Part shown: positions 13,442 through 24,352 of the stretch, one piece after another
Position numbering within the stretch: position 1 is the stretch's first letter
Layout of the letters: every line of letters starts with the position of its first letter
Position numbers and translations under genes: made by a program
Source of the DNA: Bilabrum cf. latius
Lineage: Eukaryota
Assembly: GCA_965178125.1 (NCBI GenBank)
Contig: OZ237742.1
Span: 496,001-560,000 of the forward strand
Length of the DNA: 64,000 nucleotides
Direction of reading: 5' to 3'
The notes under the pieces: model-generated
The model's database searches: none
Seen by the model: only the letters and a program-made list of their open reading frames with translations
What the model was told of the DNA's origin: nothing

Positions 13442-13876
13442 TCAACCCTCCAGCGACTTTTCGATCTCCCCCACTCTTGTCAATATCTGCGTTCGACTTG
13501 TTTCTAACACTTCACCGCCGAGCATGAACTCGTCTAAGATTACGTACGTTCTGGCAAAGTTGAAAACTAGGTCCAACTCGCAAACGTTGCCAAAGTGACG
13601 ATCCAAGGTCTCCACAAAATTGTGGATGGCTTCCAGGTAAGACAGCTCGTTGTCCCTGGTATCCACGCACAAAATAAAGTATAACCCTGCATATCTCCTG
13701 TACACCAGCTTGTACGACTTGAATTCCACGAAATTAGTAAACTTGGAATCTCGCTGCGTAACGATCTTGTACACCTCCCCTTCGATTCTTCGCTTCTCCT
13801 CCTCCTCCACCGATACGAACCACTTCGACAAACGAGTCTTTCCAATTCGATTCTGGAGCAGGAAAAACCGAATCAT
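13442..13876 (-). CDS. AP2S1: AP-2 clathrin adaptor sigma subunit
   Basis: [68 protein letters not shown]; intronless; ends TGA. Confidence 0.92.
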   Translation of the reverse strand: MIRFFLLQNRIGKTRLSKWFVSVEEEEKRRIEGEVYKIVTQRDSKFTNFVEFKSYKLVYRRYAGLYFILCVDTRDNELSYLEAIHNFVETLDRHFGNVCELDLVFNFARTYVILDEFMLGGEVLETSRTQILTRVGEIEKSLEG

Positions 13877-14037
13877 GGTTCTTTGCGTGCCAGTTAATTG
13901 CGCACGTCGTTCCGACCAAAAAAATATCATTTTACTTGTTACATGCACCTTACATTGTGCCCGACAGGACTTGCCAAAATACAAAGCGATTATGTTGTCT
14001 TTAAACAGTCGTACACGCAAGCAACGCCGGGAAGCCA

Positions 14038-15370
14038 TCAGAGGAGCTCAGAATTGGGACGGCTGGCAGCGCCAGACGACGAGCTGCTACTAGCCGTCTG
14101 GCGCGCTCGAGCCGCCGCCGCACCCTGCACTGTCTGCAGCTGGCGATTAACCTTCGCCAGCTGCTCCAGCAGTTCTTGCCTCCTCTGCGCAAGCCCAGTG
14201 TGCACCGACACCAGGCCCTGCACGGCCTCCGCCGGGGAAGGGGCGCAGGCAACTGCCGCACCCTGCCCCGACCCTGCTCCCGCTCCTGACCACGCATCCG
14301 CACCCGCACCCGCGCCGGCAACGGCAGCCGATGCGCCCCTCGAGCCACCAGCACTCCTGCCGACCGCTGCGGCGTTCGAACCCGCCGCCGCGGCATTCTC
14401 AACCTGCTCCTCCAGCAGCTGCTGCTGCCTCCTCTTCTTGGCCTCGGAGTAGTTGAGCACCGGCAGGCCCATCTGGCGGCGCAGTGGGGCCCACAGCCTC
14501 TTGCGGCCGTTGGTCAGCCACACGTTCAGCCTGCCCACCGTGATGCGGGCCCGTCTGGCCATCTCCTGCTTGACTGGCTCGTCTGGCCACGGGAAGTTGA
14601 ACAGCTGGGGGCTCAGCAGCCACTCTCTCAGCATTTTGGTGGTGGATGCGGGCAGAGGCCGACCGCTCTTGAGCTGCTTGCAGTCCTCGTCCGCCATCGA
14701 GGAGGGCAGGGAGGCGCGCTGCTCCGCGGTATCCGGCAGACGGGAATCGGAGCCCTGTCCGGCCGCGGCCTCCTCCAGTCGGGCGCGCGCCTGCGCTGCC
14801 GCGTCGCTGTCCAGCTGAAGCTATTGCTGGTGCCTGTGCTTCTGCGCGGCGGCTGCTCGCCGCCTCAGCCTGCGCCCCGCCACCTGCCCCGCCCCACCCG
14901 AGGATGGCACGGCGTGAGTCTGCATGCCGTGCCCCGCCAGGGAGGCAGACAGCCCCTGGCTGTGGCTCTGGCTCTGGTGTGAAGCGCCCCCCACCATGGG
15001 GAACCCCAGGGGGCCCCTTGCCACCTTGGGGGCGCGCTGCCCGAGCAGAGGCTCCTCGACGGCCCCGCGCTTGCGACCGATCGCCGAGGACTCCATCCCA
15101 CTCGTCACACTCGACTGCCCGTCCAGCTGCCTAAGGCCGTGCGGGAGCTTGGGCTTGGGGCTGCCTCCGGGGAACTGAAGCAGGCTGCCGGTTTGGGGCG
15201 CATACCCGGGCACACTGCCTCCCATGACAGAAGGCAGCAGTCCCGCGGCCGCGCTGGAGGTGGGCGGCATGGTCAAAGCCATTCCCATTGCGGCGCCGTC
15301 CGTTTGCGGAACCTGCAGGGAGGTGCCGTACATGGGCTGCTGCCCGGTCATGTTGGCCGGCAGTGCGGAG

Positions 15371-15418
<48 letters not shown>

Positions 15419-16407
15419 AAAGACAGCACGTTGTGCTCTGAAGAACCGCCCCACGCCATCCCGCCCGGCCCTCGGGACACTCCCGCGACCTCCGACTCGG
15501 AGTCGTTCATGCTGGCGGGTGCGGGCGCCGGCACGGGCGCGATGGCCTCCTGGTAGGCCTGCTCGTCGGCGTTCATGGGAGCGGAACCGGCGCCGCGCAC
15601 CACCCCTCCGGACCCGTACGCGCTGGAGGCTCTACGTGCGCAGTAGGGGTTCTTCAGAGATCGGATCATGGCGTCGATCGCGTCATCGGAGCGCATCTCG
15701 TCGGGGAAATCCGCGATGCCGGCCTTCCCATCCAGAGCCTCGTCGAGCTCCTGCTGCATGGCCGACAGGCTCGATGCCAGGCTCGACGGCGTGCACGACC
15801 CGGAGTTTCTCGAGGACGAGCGGGGGTCCCACTGGCAGCTGCCGGCCCTGCTGCCGCGGCGGCCCCCCAGGCGGTCCGCCGAGGCCGAGCCGGCCGGGCC
15901 GGGCGCGGGGCAGAAGGCCTCCGGGGTCATGGCCGCCTCGCCGCGGGACGCCTGTGCGATGACGCCCGGGCTCAGGGTGCGCAGAGAAGACGTCGGTCCG
16001 GAGCCTCCGCTCGACGATCCTGATCCGCCTCCGATAGAGGGCGAAGATGCGGACATCGTGTCGGAGCCTGCGTAGGAGGCGGCTCGGCCCCTCGCGCTCG
16101 AGCTGCCGGGTGGCATCTCCAGATCAATTTCAGAGAGATTGAACTCCATCTTGTCCTCCCCATGGTCTGCGATTCCTTTCACCCGAGCCATCCAGGCCGC
16201 GCGTTCCTTCCCGCTCATTTCTCCGCCGTGCACAAGAGACATAGCACCGGGAGGAGCCACGCCTTCAGACGGGAACCAGCATACGGCACATGAAAGGTTT
16301 TCGCCGGGGGCAGCCTCTGCGCCTTGCTTCCAGTCATTCTCATTCGTGTCGAGCGAGAAATCAGCTAGCCAGTTCGCGTTAGGGTTGCGGTCGATTTGCT
16401 CCGACAT
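14038..16407 (-). CDS. TALE-class (Homeobox_KN) homeodomain protein, ~789 aa
   Basis: [55 protein letters not shown]. ORFs 14821..16407 and 14038..14697 are in one frame, joined through TAG in a Gln run (cag caa tag ctt cag); ends TGA. Confidence 0.8.
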
Positions 16408-17240
16408 TTGTCTGATGTTCGGTCACGGTTTCTGCTCTTGGAGGAAGAAGGAAAGCAAGGAAAGGGGGTAGCGCAAGAACAGAGCGCTCAACTCAAGACA
16501 TTGAGCGGAGCAGCATGAACAGAACAACTGTCAGCTGTTCCATGCATGAACACCAACAATTGATGAACCCAAGCGACATACTCAGCACCACACCGCCAAA
16601 TATAATTGAATGTGCCTATCAAATCGACAAGCCGCTCCGCTTCAACGAAGACAACCCAAAGGCGATGCATGGGTGCAAGCGTACTACGGACCTGCCAAAA
16701 TGTTCGAACGGCTACAGAGCTATGGATCCGAGGGGCAAACCGTGTAGCTGCCGACATGTATTACCAAAGCACTAATTTATTAATGCGTAGGCTTTGACTG
16801 TCCCTGACCGGTGGATTGGCACCGCCGCAAACAGGGTGAAGAAGAACGCTAAGGGCGAGAAGCGAGGCTTATACTGTAACAAAGCGACTTCGAACACATA
16901 TTACGCAAAATATCTTCTTCATATCATACATGTGAATCCCTTGGATACGTAAAACTACAAGTCAGCATCGTGCACGGGCCCATCAACCTCAAAAGGGTGT
17001 TAACACGTTCAACGCCGCACCAGACATCAAACGATCTGCAAGAAGCACCTCTCTTTAGTTTAAATCCATCAAGTCAATCAATCTCACAATGAGTATCTAT
17101 ATAAATTCTTGGTAAAACCCACCAGAAAGCCTCCTGAGAGACGCGTAGGTACGGGTGGCAGCATACGGGAGCGATTCGTCGATCCTCATGAAAAATCAGA
17201 TTTACGTTGAATGTAACGTAATGCTATGCATGCGTACACT

Positions 17241-18821
17241 TCAGTACACTTCCTTTCCGCTAACGTCGCTACCTGAGCCCCATCCAGCCACCAAAACGGC
17301 CTTCACCGCTTCGTACACACCCCAGCTCAGCGCCATGGAGGGCGCTGTTTTTGCAACCCTCGCCCAAGACCCGGCGAACATGGCTCGCATGCCTCCCTCG
17401 GCCCACACCTTGCCAGCCGTGTCAACCACCCCCACGTACTGCGGTGCAACGGCACCATGACCCCCCTGGCTGCGCAAGGACGGCGTGGATGACGCTCGCT
17501 GCGACGATTTCGAGTAGAAGAAAGCAACCTGCGGCCGGCCGCCCCCTCCTTGCGTGCCACTCCCGCCGCCGGACCCTTGCGCACCACTGACGCTCCCTAA
17601 CCCACCCTTCACCCCGCCAAGCAGCTCCCCAGCCGCCCCCTTGGCTGCAGATACCAGCCCCCTGCCCACATGCAGGTTTCTACCTCCCTATCGACCGGCT
17701 CCATGGCCCTGCCCGCCAGTCGCAGTAGACCCTCCCTATCGACCGGCTCCATGGCCCTGCCCGCCAGTCGCAGTAGACCCTCCCTATCGACAAGCTCCGT
17801 GGCCCTGCCCGCCAGTCGCAGTAGACCCGCAAGCACCCCCGCCGGCTGCTGCCGTGCCCGCTCGCAGCGCCATGCCCGGCTCCATCGACGGGCCCGCTCC
17901 CATGCTCGGACTAGGGGCGTGCAAGCCCTGAGTCTGCAGCCTCGTCTTGATGACGTCGAATGGGTTTGTCGCGAGAGCGGCGATGCCCCCAGCCACCGCG
18001 CCGGCGCCGAGCGCCGTCCCGATCGACACGTTTCCCGAGGGGTCAATGACCTTCCGGAGGGACTCGTTGGAGGCGACCATCACGGCCTGGAAGGGGACAC
18101 TCATCGCCACAGTCGTGGGGTAGGACCGGAAGAAGGCCATCAGGCCCTCCTTGCGGAGCACCTGCCTGGCGCAGTCGAGCGTGCCTCGGTACAGCCCGAG
18201 CTGCAGCCGCTGCTTGACGACATCGACCGGCGTGAGGATCAAATCATGCAGCATTGTTGCAGCTGCACCAGCAGAAGCGGCTGCTAGCGGGTGGTGCCCC
18301 GGCTTGTTGGCGCCAGTCGCCTCTTTGGCATATTCGTACACGGAGAAGAAGGCGGCGTGAGACGGAACGCAGCCCGCCGCGACTGTTGGGGCGCCGCGCC
18401 ATAGTTCTCGCATGCCGTGCTATCGCATAAATGTCTTGAAGCGAAGTGGCGCCTAACCAGCCGTGCGGCGAACCTACAAGTGAGTCTGCGAGGACAATGA
18501 AACCGCCAATGGTGCGCAGCAGGGATGATTGCCGCGTCTTTACAATTCGTGTGACATTTGGCGCCCACCAAGCATACACAGGAGATCATCCAACAAATTG
18601 GATAGTCCCGAGAGCCGAGGCGGCCGGTAAGGCTTTGGTTGCCAGATCGGCCAGCGTCACGTGCCACGTCCGTCATCCCTTGCCCATCTCACCTTGTATG
18701 TGTCAAGAGGAAACATCCCCACATGCTCAGCAATACCTGCTGCTGCCCCTGCAATCATATGAATTTTGAAGGAGCCCTTGCTTGGGTTCCAATCTTCCCA
18801 GTCCTCATCCCAGTCAGACAT
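17241..18821 (-). CDS. Mitochondrial carrier, mitoferrin-like (SLC25A28/37, MRS3/4); intron 18486-18692
   Basis: HMIAGAAAGIAEHVGMFPLDTYK|THL(TAG); GCVPSHAAFFSVYE; HDLILTPVDVVKQRLQ; AFFRSYPTTVAMSVPF; NPFDVIKTRLQ; APSMALSWGVYE; ends TGA. Confidence 0.88.
17684..17828 (-). repeat. 48-bp tandem repeat x3 inside the mitoferrin CDS (GGSTATGGQGHGAGR+TAG)
   Basis: Plus-strand unit ctccctatcgaccggctccatggccctgcccgccagtcgcagtagacc occurs three times with minor variants. Confidence 0.9.
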
Positions 18822-19179
18822 GGCTGATGTTCACTGATTCTGTCGGCCACGCGCGCTTCTAGAAGCCGACTTAAGTTGGAAACTTGGATGGCCAAGATGT
18901 GGGCTCCAGTGAAAGTGTATAGATTGAAAAAGCGTTGCTTTCCTACCCTCTCGCAACTGCTGCCTGAGGCCCTGCAAGTTGACAAAACCACAATCGACGA
19001 TGACTGGCGATGGCGGTTGCAACCTTCCATAGATTCGGCACACGTCTTTGTGTGCCTGATTGCATGGGCAATGCGAGGGGACAGAAACCATAAATCCTGC
19101 CGAGATGTCTCAATTCGTCAACAAGCATGGTTGAAGGCCACTCTTACCCCTCCCCTGCACCACATGCAATGTGTGACGC

Positions 19180-21234
19180 TCAGACTTGGTCGTCGTCGTC
19201 GTCCAGCAGCATGTCGTAGCCTCCGAATGCAGATGCTGCAGGAGCAGGGACGGAAGCAGGAGCAGGGGCAGGTGTGGGAGCAGGGGCAGGGGCGGGAGCA
19301 GCTGTCCCTGCCCCCGAGACCTCCCCGCTTGTACTGGCAGCAGCCTTGCCCGGGGACTGAGGCTGCCCCCTCTTTGCCTTCAGCTCGTCCAGCAGGCCGT
19401 CCAGCTGCACCGAGGCGGGGGACGAGGGGCGTTCCGTGTGCCGAGTGTCCTTGTCCCCGTCCTCCGGCTCCGAGTCGCCCACGGCTGGGCGCGGTAGCGA
19501 GCTGTTCCCACGCCCGGGGCTGCCAGTGGGGTCAGCGCGTGACGGCTTGCCAGCCGGCTCGGACTCGGGCGGCTTGCTGCTGCTGGCCCCTCGTCCAGCT
19601 GCAGCTGCAGTTGCAGTGGCTGCAGGCTCGACGGCCGGTGCCCCCGCTGCCTTCGGCTGGGCACTGCCGGATTGTTCCCCCAGCCCGGAGCCTGCTCCTC
19701 GAGGAATAACACCCTTGTCCGAGCCCGCCTAGCCACTCGTCACACCCCCAAACAGCGAGGGCGCGGCCTGGATGGCCGCCTGCAGCAGGTCGCTCCGCGC
19801 CCTGACTTCGAACCTCACAGGCCGCAGCACCTGCTCGGAGGCCATCTGGGCCATGCCGGGGGGACCCTGCGGGCCGCCAGGGCTGGCGGCCTGCCGTGCT
19901 CCCGCCATCGCGAGCAGCTGTGCGTTGGTGAGCGGCAGCGGGCCAAGGGCATGTACGGCGAATGACCCCGACACCCGCGCGGCAAGCAGCCTGCGAGCGC
20001 CCGCCTGCCCGGGGAGCATACACGCGCCGTGCAGCATGCAAACTACGGCACGCAAAGTCAGAGCCTTCTCCGTCTCGAGGCGCGAGCCCCTCGGTCCATC
20101 GACTCGAGCACCTGCTTGGGTGCTCGCACCGAACGCTCGAGCCAGCGCGTCGAGGTGCACGGGCATGGGCGCGTCCTCTGCAGAGATGAGACCCTCCGCA
20201 ATCAGAGGATCCGGGGCGGGAGAGCCAAATTCATCGGTATGCCCGAAGGCCTCGTCGGACCGCACGCCGGCGTGCGAGGACGGCGAGGGAGCAGCGTGGA
20301 GCGCCTCGGCCAGCACATCGAAGACGCCGTCCCTCTAGGAGCGAAGGAGAACCTTCAGAGCCACGACTGCGGTCAAAGCGAATGTTCGTTCAATCCCACC
20401 GAGCGAACCGGCCCCGGCGGCGCTGCGTGCGGCCGGCCTGCTGCTTCCAGGACCTGCTCGGAGCAGCTCGTCGAGCGAGGCGCTCGAGTCCTCGCTATGC
20501 TTTCTCGTGGCCGCCTGCAGCAGGCTGCGGACTGGAATGGATTTCTACGAAGCACCCCCTGCGGACACGGACGACTTGGCCAGCTCGCACGCCAAGGCTG
20601 CTAGGGCGTCACCATCTGCTGCCAGGTCCTGCGAGCCTCCAGCGTCAGCCGTCAAGTCTCGCCAGCACAAAATCTGCGACACTGCCTCGATGCTAAAGTT
20701 TGATGCCTCATCAAACTCATCGTCATTTGTCTTGGAGTCTCCGCCGGAAGCGCCAGAAAGGTGCGACTGTCGGATCACGCCCAGGCCACCGCTGCTTGCC
20801 GTGCGGCCGGCCAGCTGCGGCTCCACAGCGCTCATATAGGCGCACAGCCAAGCTACGAGCTCATTGGCTGCAATTGAATTCAACCTTACATCTGCGTATT
20901 GAGGGTACGCGTTGGCATCTGCAACGTATACACAATGGATCTACTTGGGTCGGTTGACTCCAGCACTCCAGCAGTGTGTAGCACTCACGCGCGCGTGAAG
21001 CGCATTGCTAGCGGATGTATTGCGTAATATATTACATCATTGCACAATCTTACCTCCAGACGCCGCACACAACAAGTGGCCAGCGGCAGATTCTACTCCA
21101 TCCCCGCCATCATCGGCTCCGTGCATGGCCCTAAGCTGCCTGGCTGCATTAGCCGCAAGCTTGCCGGCCAGAGCGAAGTGCTCGGAAAACGGTGAACCGG
21201 ACACAGGGAACGATTGTACAGCTCGCAAACTCAT
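19180..21234 (-). CDS. Hypothetical protein; 5' exon structure uncertain
   Basis: ORFs 20545..20883, 19729..20316 and 19180..19482 share a frame with TAG interruptions; ends TGA 19180-19182. Putative first exon 21234-21054 (gccATG start, GTAAG donor). Confidence 0.55.
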
Positions 21235-21387
21235 GGCTGCGACAGTGCTGCTTAGATACCCATTCGAAGCCCCGTGCCAAGAAGCATCGCATTGCCCAGT
21301 TGATCCGGTCGCAGCTTGCGGTCGCACAGGCAGGCACCACTTTTATGCTGATCGCCAGTCGCAACGCATCCTCCCGCGTTGCATCCT

Positions 21388-22827
21388 TTAATTATCTGGA
21401 GAAATTAGTGAGAACTTGGCAGCCATGAGCAAGTGGTCGCTTGGCATCCTTTCGCAAGGCAGCCGATCCGGCCCAATGTCCTCATCTGTGGGCAGCGCAA
21501 GCACCCCATCGATCGCCAGCTACAGAGGAGCAGGGGCCAGGCCGTCGGCCTCCCCAGGGCAATCAAACCAAAGTCTCTTCTCTGCGCTATCCGAACCCGG
21601 CGCCTCCTTCCCTTTCTCTGGAGCACTTGCTCCGTGCTCGCCCCTCCCGCTCTGCACCATGATGAAATCAATCGCCCTGCGCTTGGCGACTTCCTTGCCG
21701 CCCACCAGCCTGTGCTTGGTGGTCGTAAACTCCACGGCACGAGGACCGCCCAGCATCTCGCTGTAGGCGCATTGCATTGCAGGGAGTCCGAACCGCAGAT
21801 CGTCTAGCACGCTCGTCGTGGCGGTCGATGAGGCAATCTGAGAGGATGCCTGTGCGGCAGTTGCAGCGCCGGCCATGGCGACACTCGCTGCATCCTCACA
21901 TGAAACCCCTGCTGCACCCCCACTCGTCACACCACCATCCTTGTCACCGCGGTACCGATCCCCCGTAAGCAGTGCAAACACCGACGCGCTCGGCCCGGGC
22001 CTGCCGCTGGCCGCCGCTCTCGACAGCGCCGGATCGGCAGGGGGGCTCTCCTCGCCCAGCTCACCGCCGCCGTACGAGGCACCCGGCTCCGGGCGGCGGA
22101 ACACGGGCCGGGCCGTGGACACGTGGAGCGGGGTAACAGGTTCCGCCGGTCCATCGGCGGTTGTGTTGAAGTCCCCGCAGAATATGAAGGGGCAGGACCC
22201 TGGCAGCTGGCCTCGCGCTCGCATGGCTCGCTGGGAAACTCGCAGGATCTGCCTGACCTGATGGACGCGTGTCTGCTCGTTTCCCACGGCTTCCTTAGCC
22301 TTCAAGTGCGATGTGGCAACCATTAAATCAAACGGAGCTCCCTCCGGCGCGGACGCACCATCGGTGCATTTAAGAACGGCAAGAATCGCCCTCGCCTTCG
22401 TTGGCTTGCCTTCAGGGGAGACCAAGCTGATGCCCTGCGTTGATACCAGACGAAAGGCCGATGCCCTGACGCAAATTGCAACTCCATCGGCCGTAACGCC
22501 CGACGAGACCGCAGGGGACGCCCCTCCGGATACGTAGCAGCTAGTGTATCCGGCCGCCTCCATCGCCGGCCCGACAGTGTCCTCCCAGCGTGACACTTCT
22601 TGCAGACATACTACGTCAGCATCTGCCCGTTCAATACATTTTAGCAGTCCTGTCCACCTTTTGTCGAACGACATGTCCAGCTTGGCTCGTGGAAAGCCAC
22701 CGAACTCGGCCAGTCCGTCCGCGAGAATATTGAATTGGGCCAGGGTAAATGAAGAACGGCTCCCAACACGTGGTAGCCCATCTGCCATGATCCATGATCT
22801 CTTAAGGAGGCCACCACCTGCGGACAT
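21388..22827 (-). CDS. Nocturnin/CCR4-like EEP-family phosphoesterase
   Basis: QFNILADGL, DVVCLQEV, ATSHLKAK, FCGDFNT, EFTTTK, IDFIM. The terminal catalytic PSDHL motif lies downstream of TAG 21520-21522; ends TAA 21388-21390. Confidence 0.85.
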
Positions 22828-23123
22828 GCCCAAAAAAGCTTTAAAATGCCGCCAAAGTGAGGAAGAGAGAACCACCGGAAGCTCCGAATCATGCCTGCGC
22901 TCTCAATCGTTTCCTATCCCGCCAACGCAACAGGTGTCCGACTCCAATACTTCAACAAAAAGACTTACCATCAGGTCTGTGGGACACGATCTGCAGTTTA
23001 GGGTGTCTGGGACGAACAAGAAGACGTTAATTCTCTGCAGTTGCAGTTTGCTTACCACCAATACTATCAGGAAAGCCCTAACGAGCTATCTTGCAAAGTC
23101 AAGTCCTCTGCTGAATTCAATCA

Positions 23124-24218
23124 ATGGCGGCTGTTTCCGGACCGGACAGAGCCGAAGCGCCTGCGATCACCACAAGGCCTGCGGCGGGGGCTTCGGATCA
23201 ATCGAGCACTCAACCAACTGCTGACGCCCCTTGGCCCGTGCTTGGCTGCGATAGGATAGTCCTTCCTAGATCCAGCGGTGTCTAGATGCCAGCAATCGGC
23301 TTGGGAACCTGGCTGGCGAAAGATGATGACTGCTACAACGCAGTTTTGCTCGGCCTCCGACGTGCAGGACTGCGACACGTAGACACTGCATCGGTGTACC
23401 GAAACGAAGAGGTGATCGGCAAGGCGATCAGAGATAGCAAAATTCCCAGGGATGAAATATTTCTGACGTCGAAGTTGCATCCGGCAGACGCAGGCGACCC
23501 CGCAAAGGTCGTGGCGGCCTGCAAAGCGAGCATCGCCAGGCTGGGCGTGGAGCATCTCGACCTCTTCCTGGTGCACTGGCCCGGCATCTCGGGCAAAGAC
23601 CCGGGGTGGAAAGGCCATGGGAAAGCACGCGAACTCACCTGGCAGGGCATGCAGCGCGTTCTCAAGGATGGGCTGGCCCGGGCCATCGGGGTCAGCAATT
23701 GGCTGCCGCAGCACCTCGACGAGTTGGCGCGGGGGACCCACTCAGAGGACGGCAAAGGGCCCGACGTGATGCCGATGGTGAACCAGTTCGAGCTTCATCC
23801 ATTGCTGTAGCAGAGAGACATCTAGGAGGCGTGTCGCAAGCACGACATCCTGGTGCAGCCCTACTGCCCCCTCGCTAGAGCAGACGACAGGCTGTTCAAG
23901 AACGAGAGTTTCCTGGGCATTTGCAAGAAACACAGCCGGACGCCCGCACAAGTAGCTATTCGATGGGCACTTCAACACGGCTGGCCAAGCATTCCCAAGA
24001 GCGTAACTCCGTCTCGAATTCTGGAGAACTGCAGCCCTGGGATCCTGACCTTTGAGCTGTCAGCCGAGGACATGGCTGCGATCGATGGCATGCAGATCAC
24101 TCCGGTGGCGGTGGACAAAGGCGAAACAGGAGCTCCAAGCAAGGAAACCGCTGATCCGGATGACAAAGAAAAGCAGGAAACGGGGCGGCTGTGCTGGGAT
24201 CCAACCGTGGTTGCGTGA
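23124..24218 (+). CDS. Aldo-keto reductase
   Basis: GV(TAG)MPAIGLGTW, RHVDTASVYRNE, IFLTSKL, LDLFLVHWP, RAIGVSNW, NQFELHPLL(TAG)Q, TPAQVAIRWALQ, IPKSVTPSRILEN; ends TGA. Confidence 0.92.
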
Positions 24219-24352
24219 GTGTGCTGAGGGCGTGTTGGTGTGATTGCGGCTACAGGCCTATCTGGACATACTCGGGTATGATCCGATACAAACAACACAA
24301 TATCATCAACATCTTAACCTACTGATCGAGCAGCAGCGGTTGCTGTGGGTCT

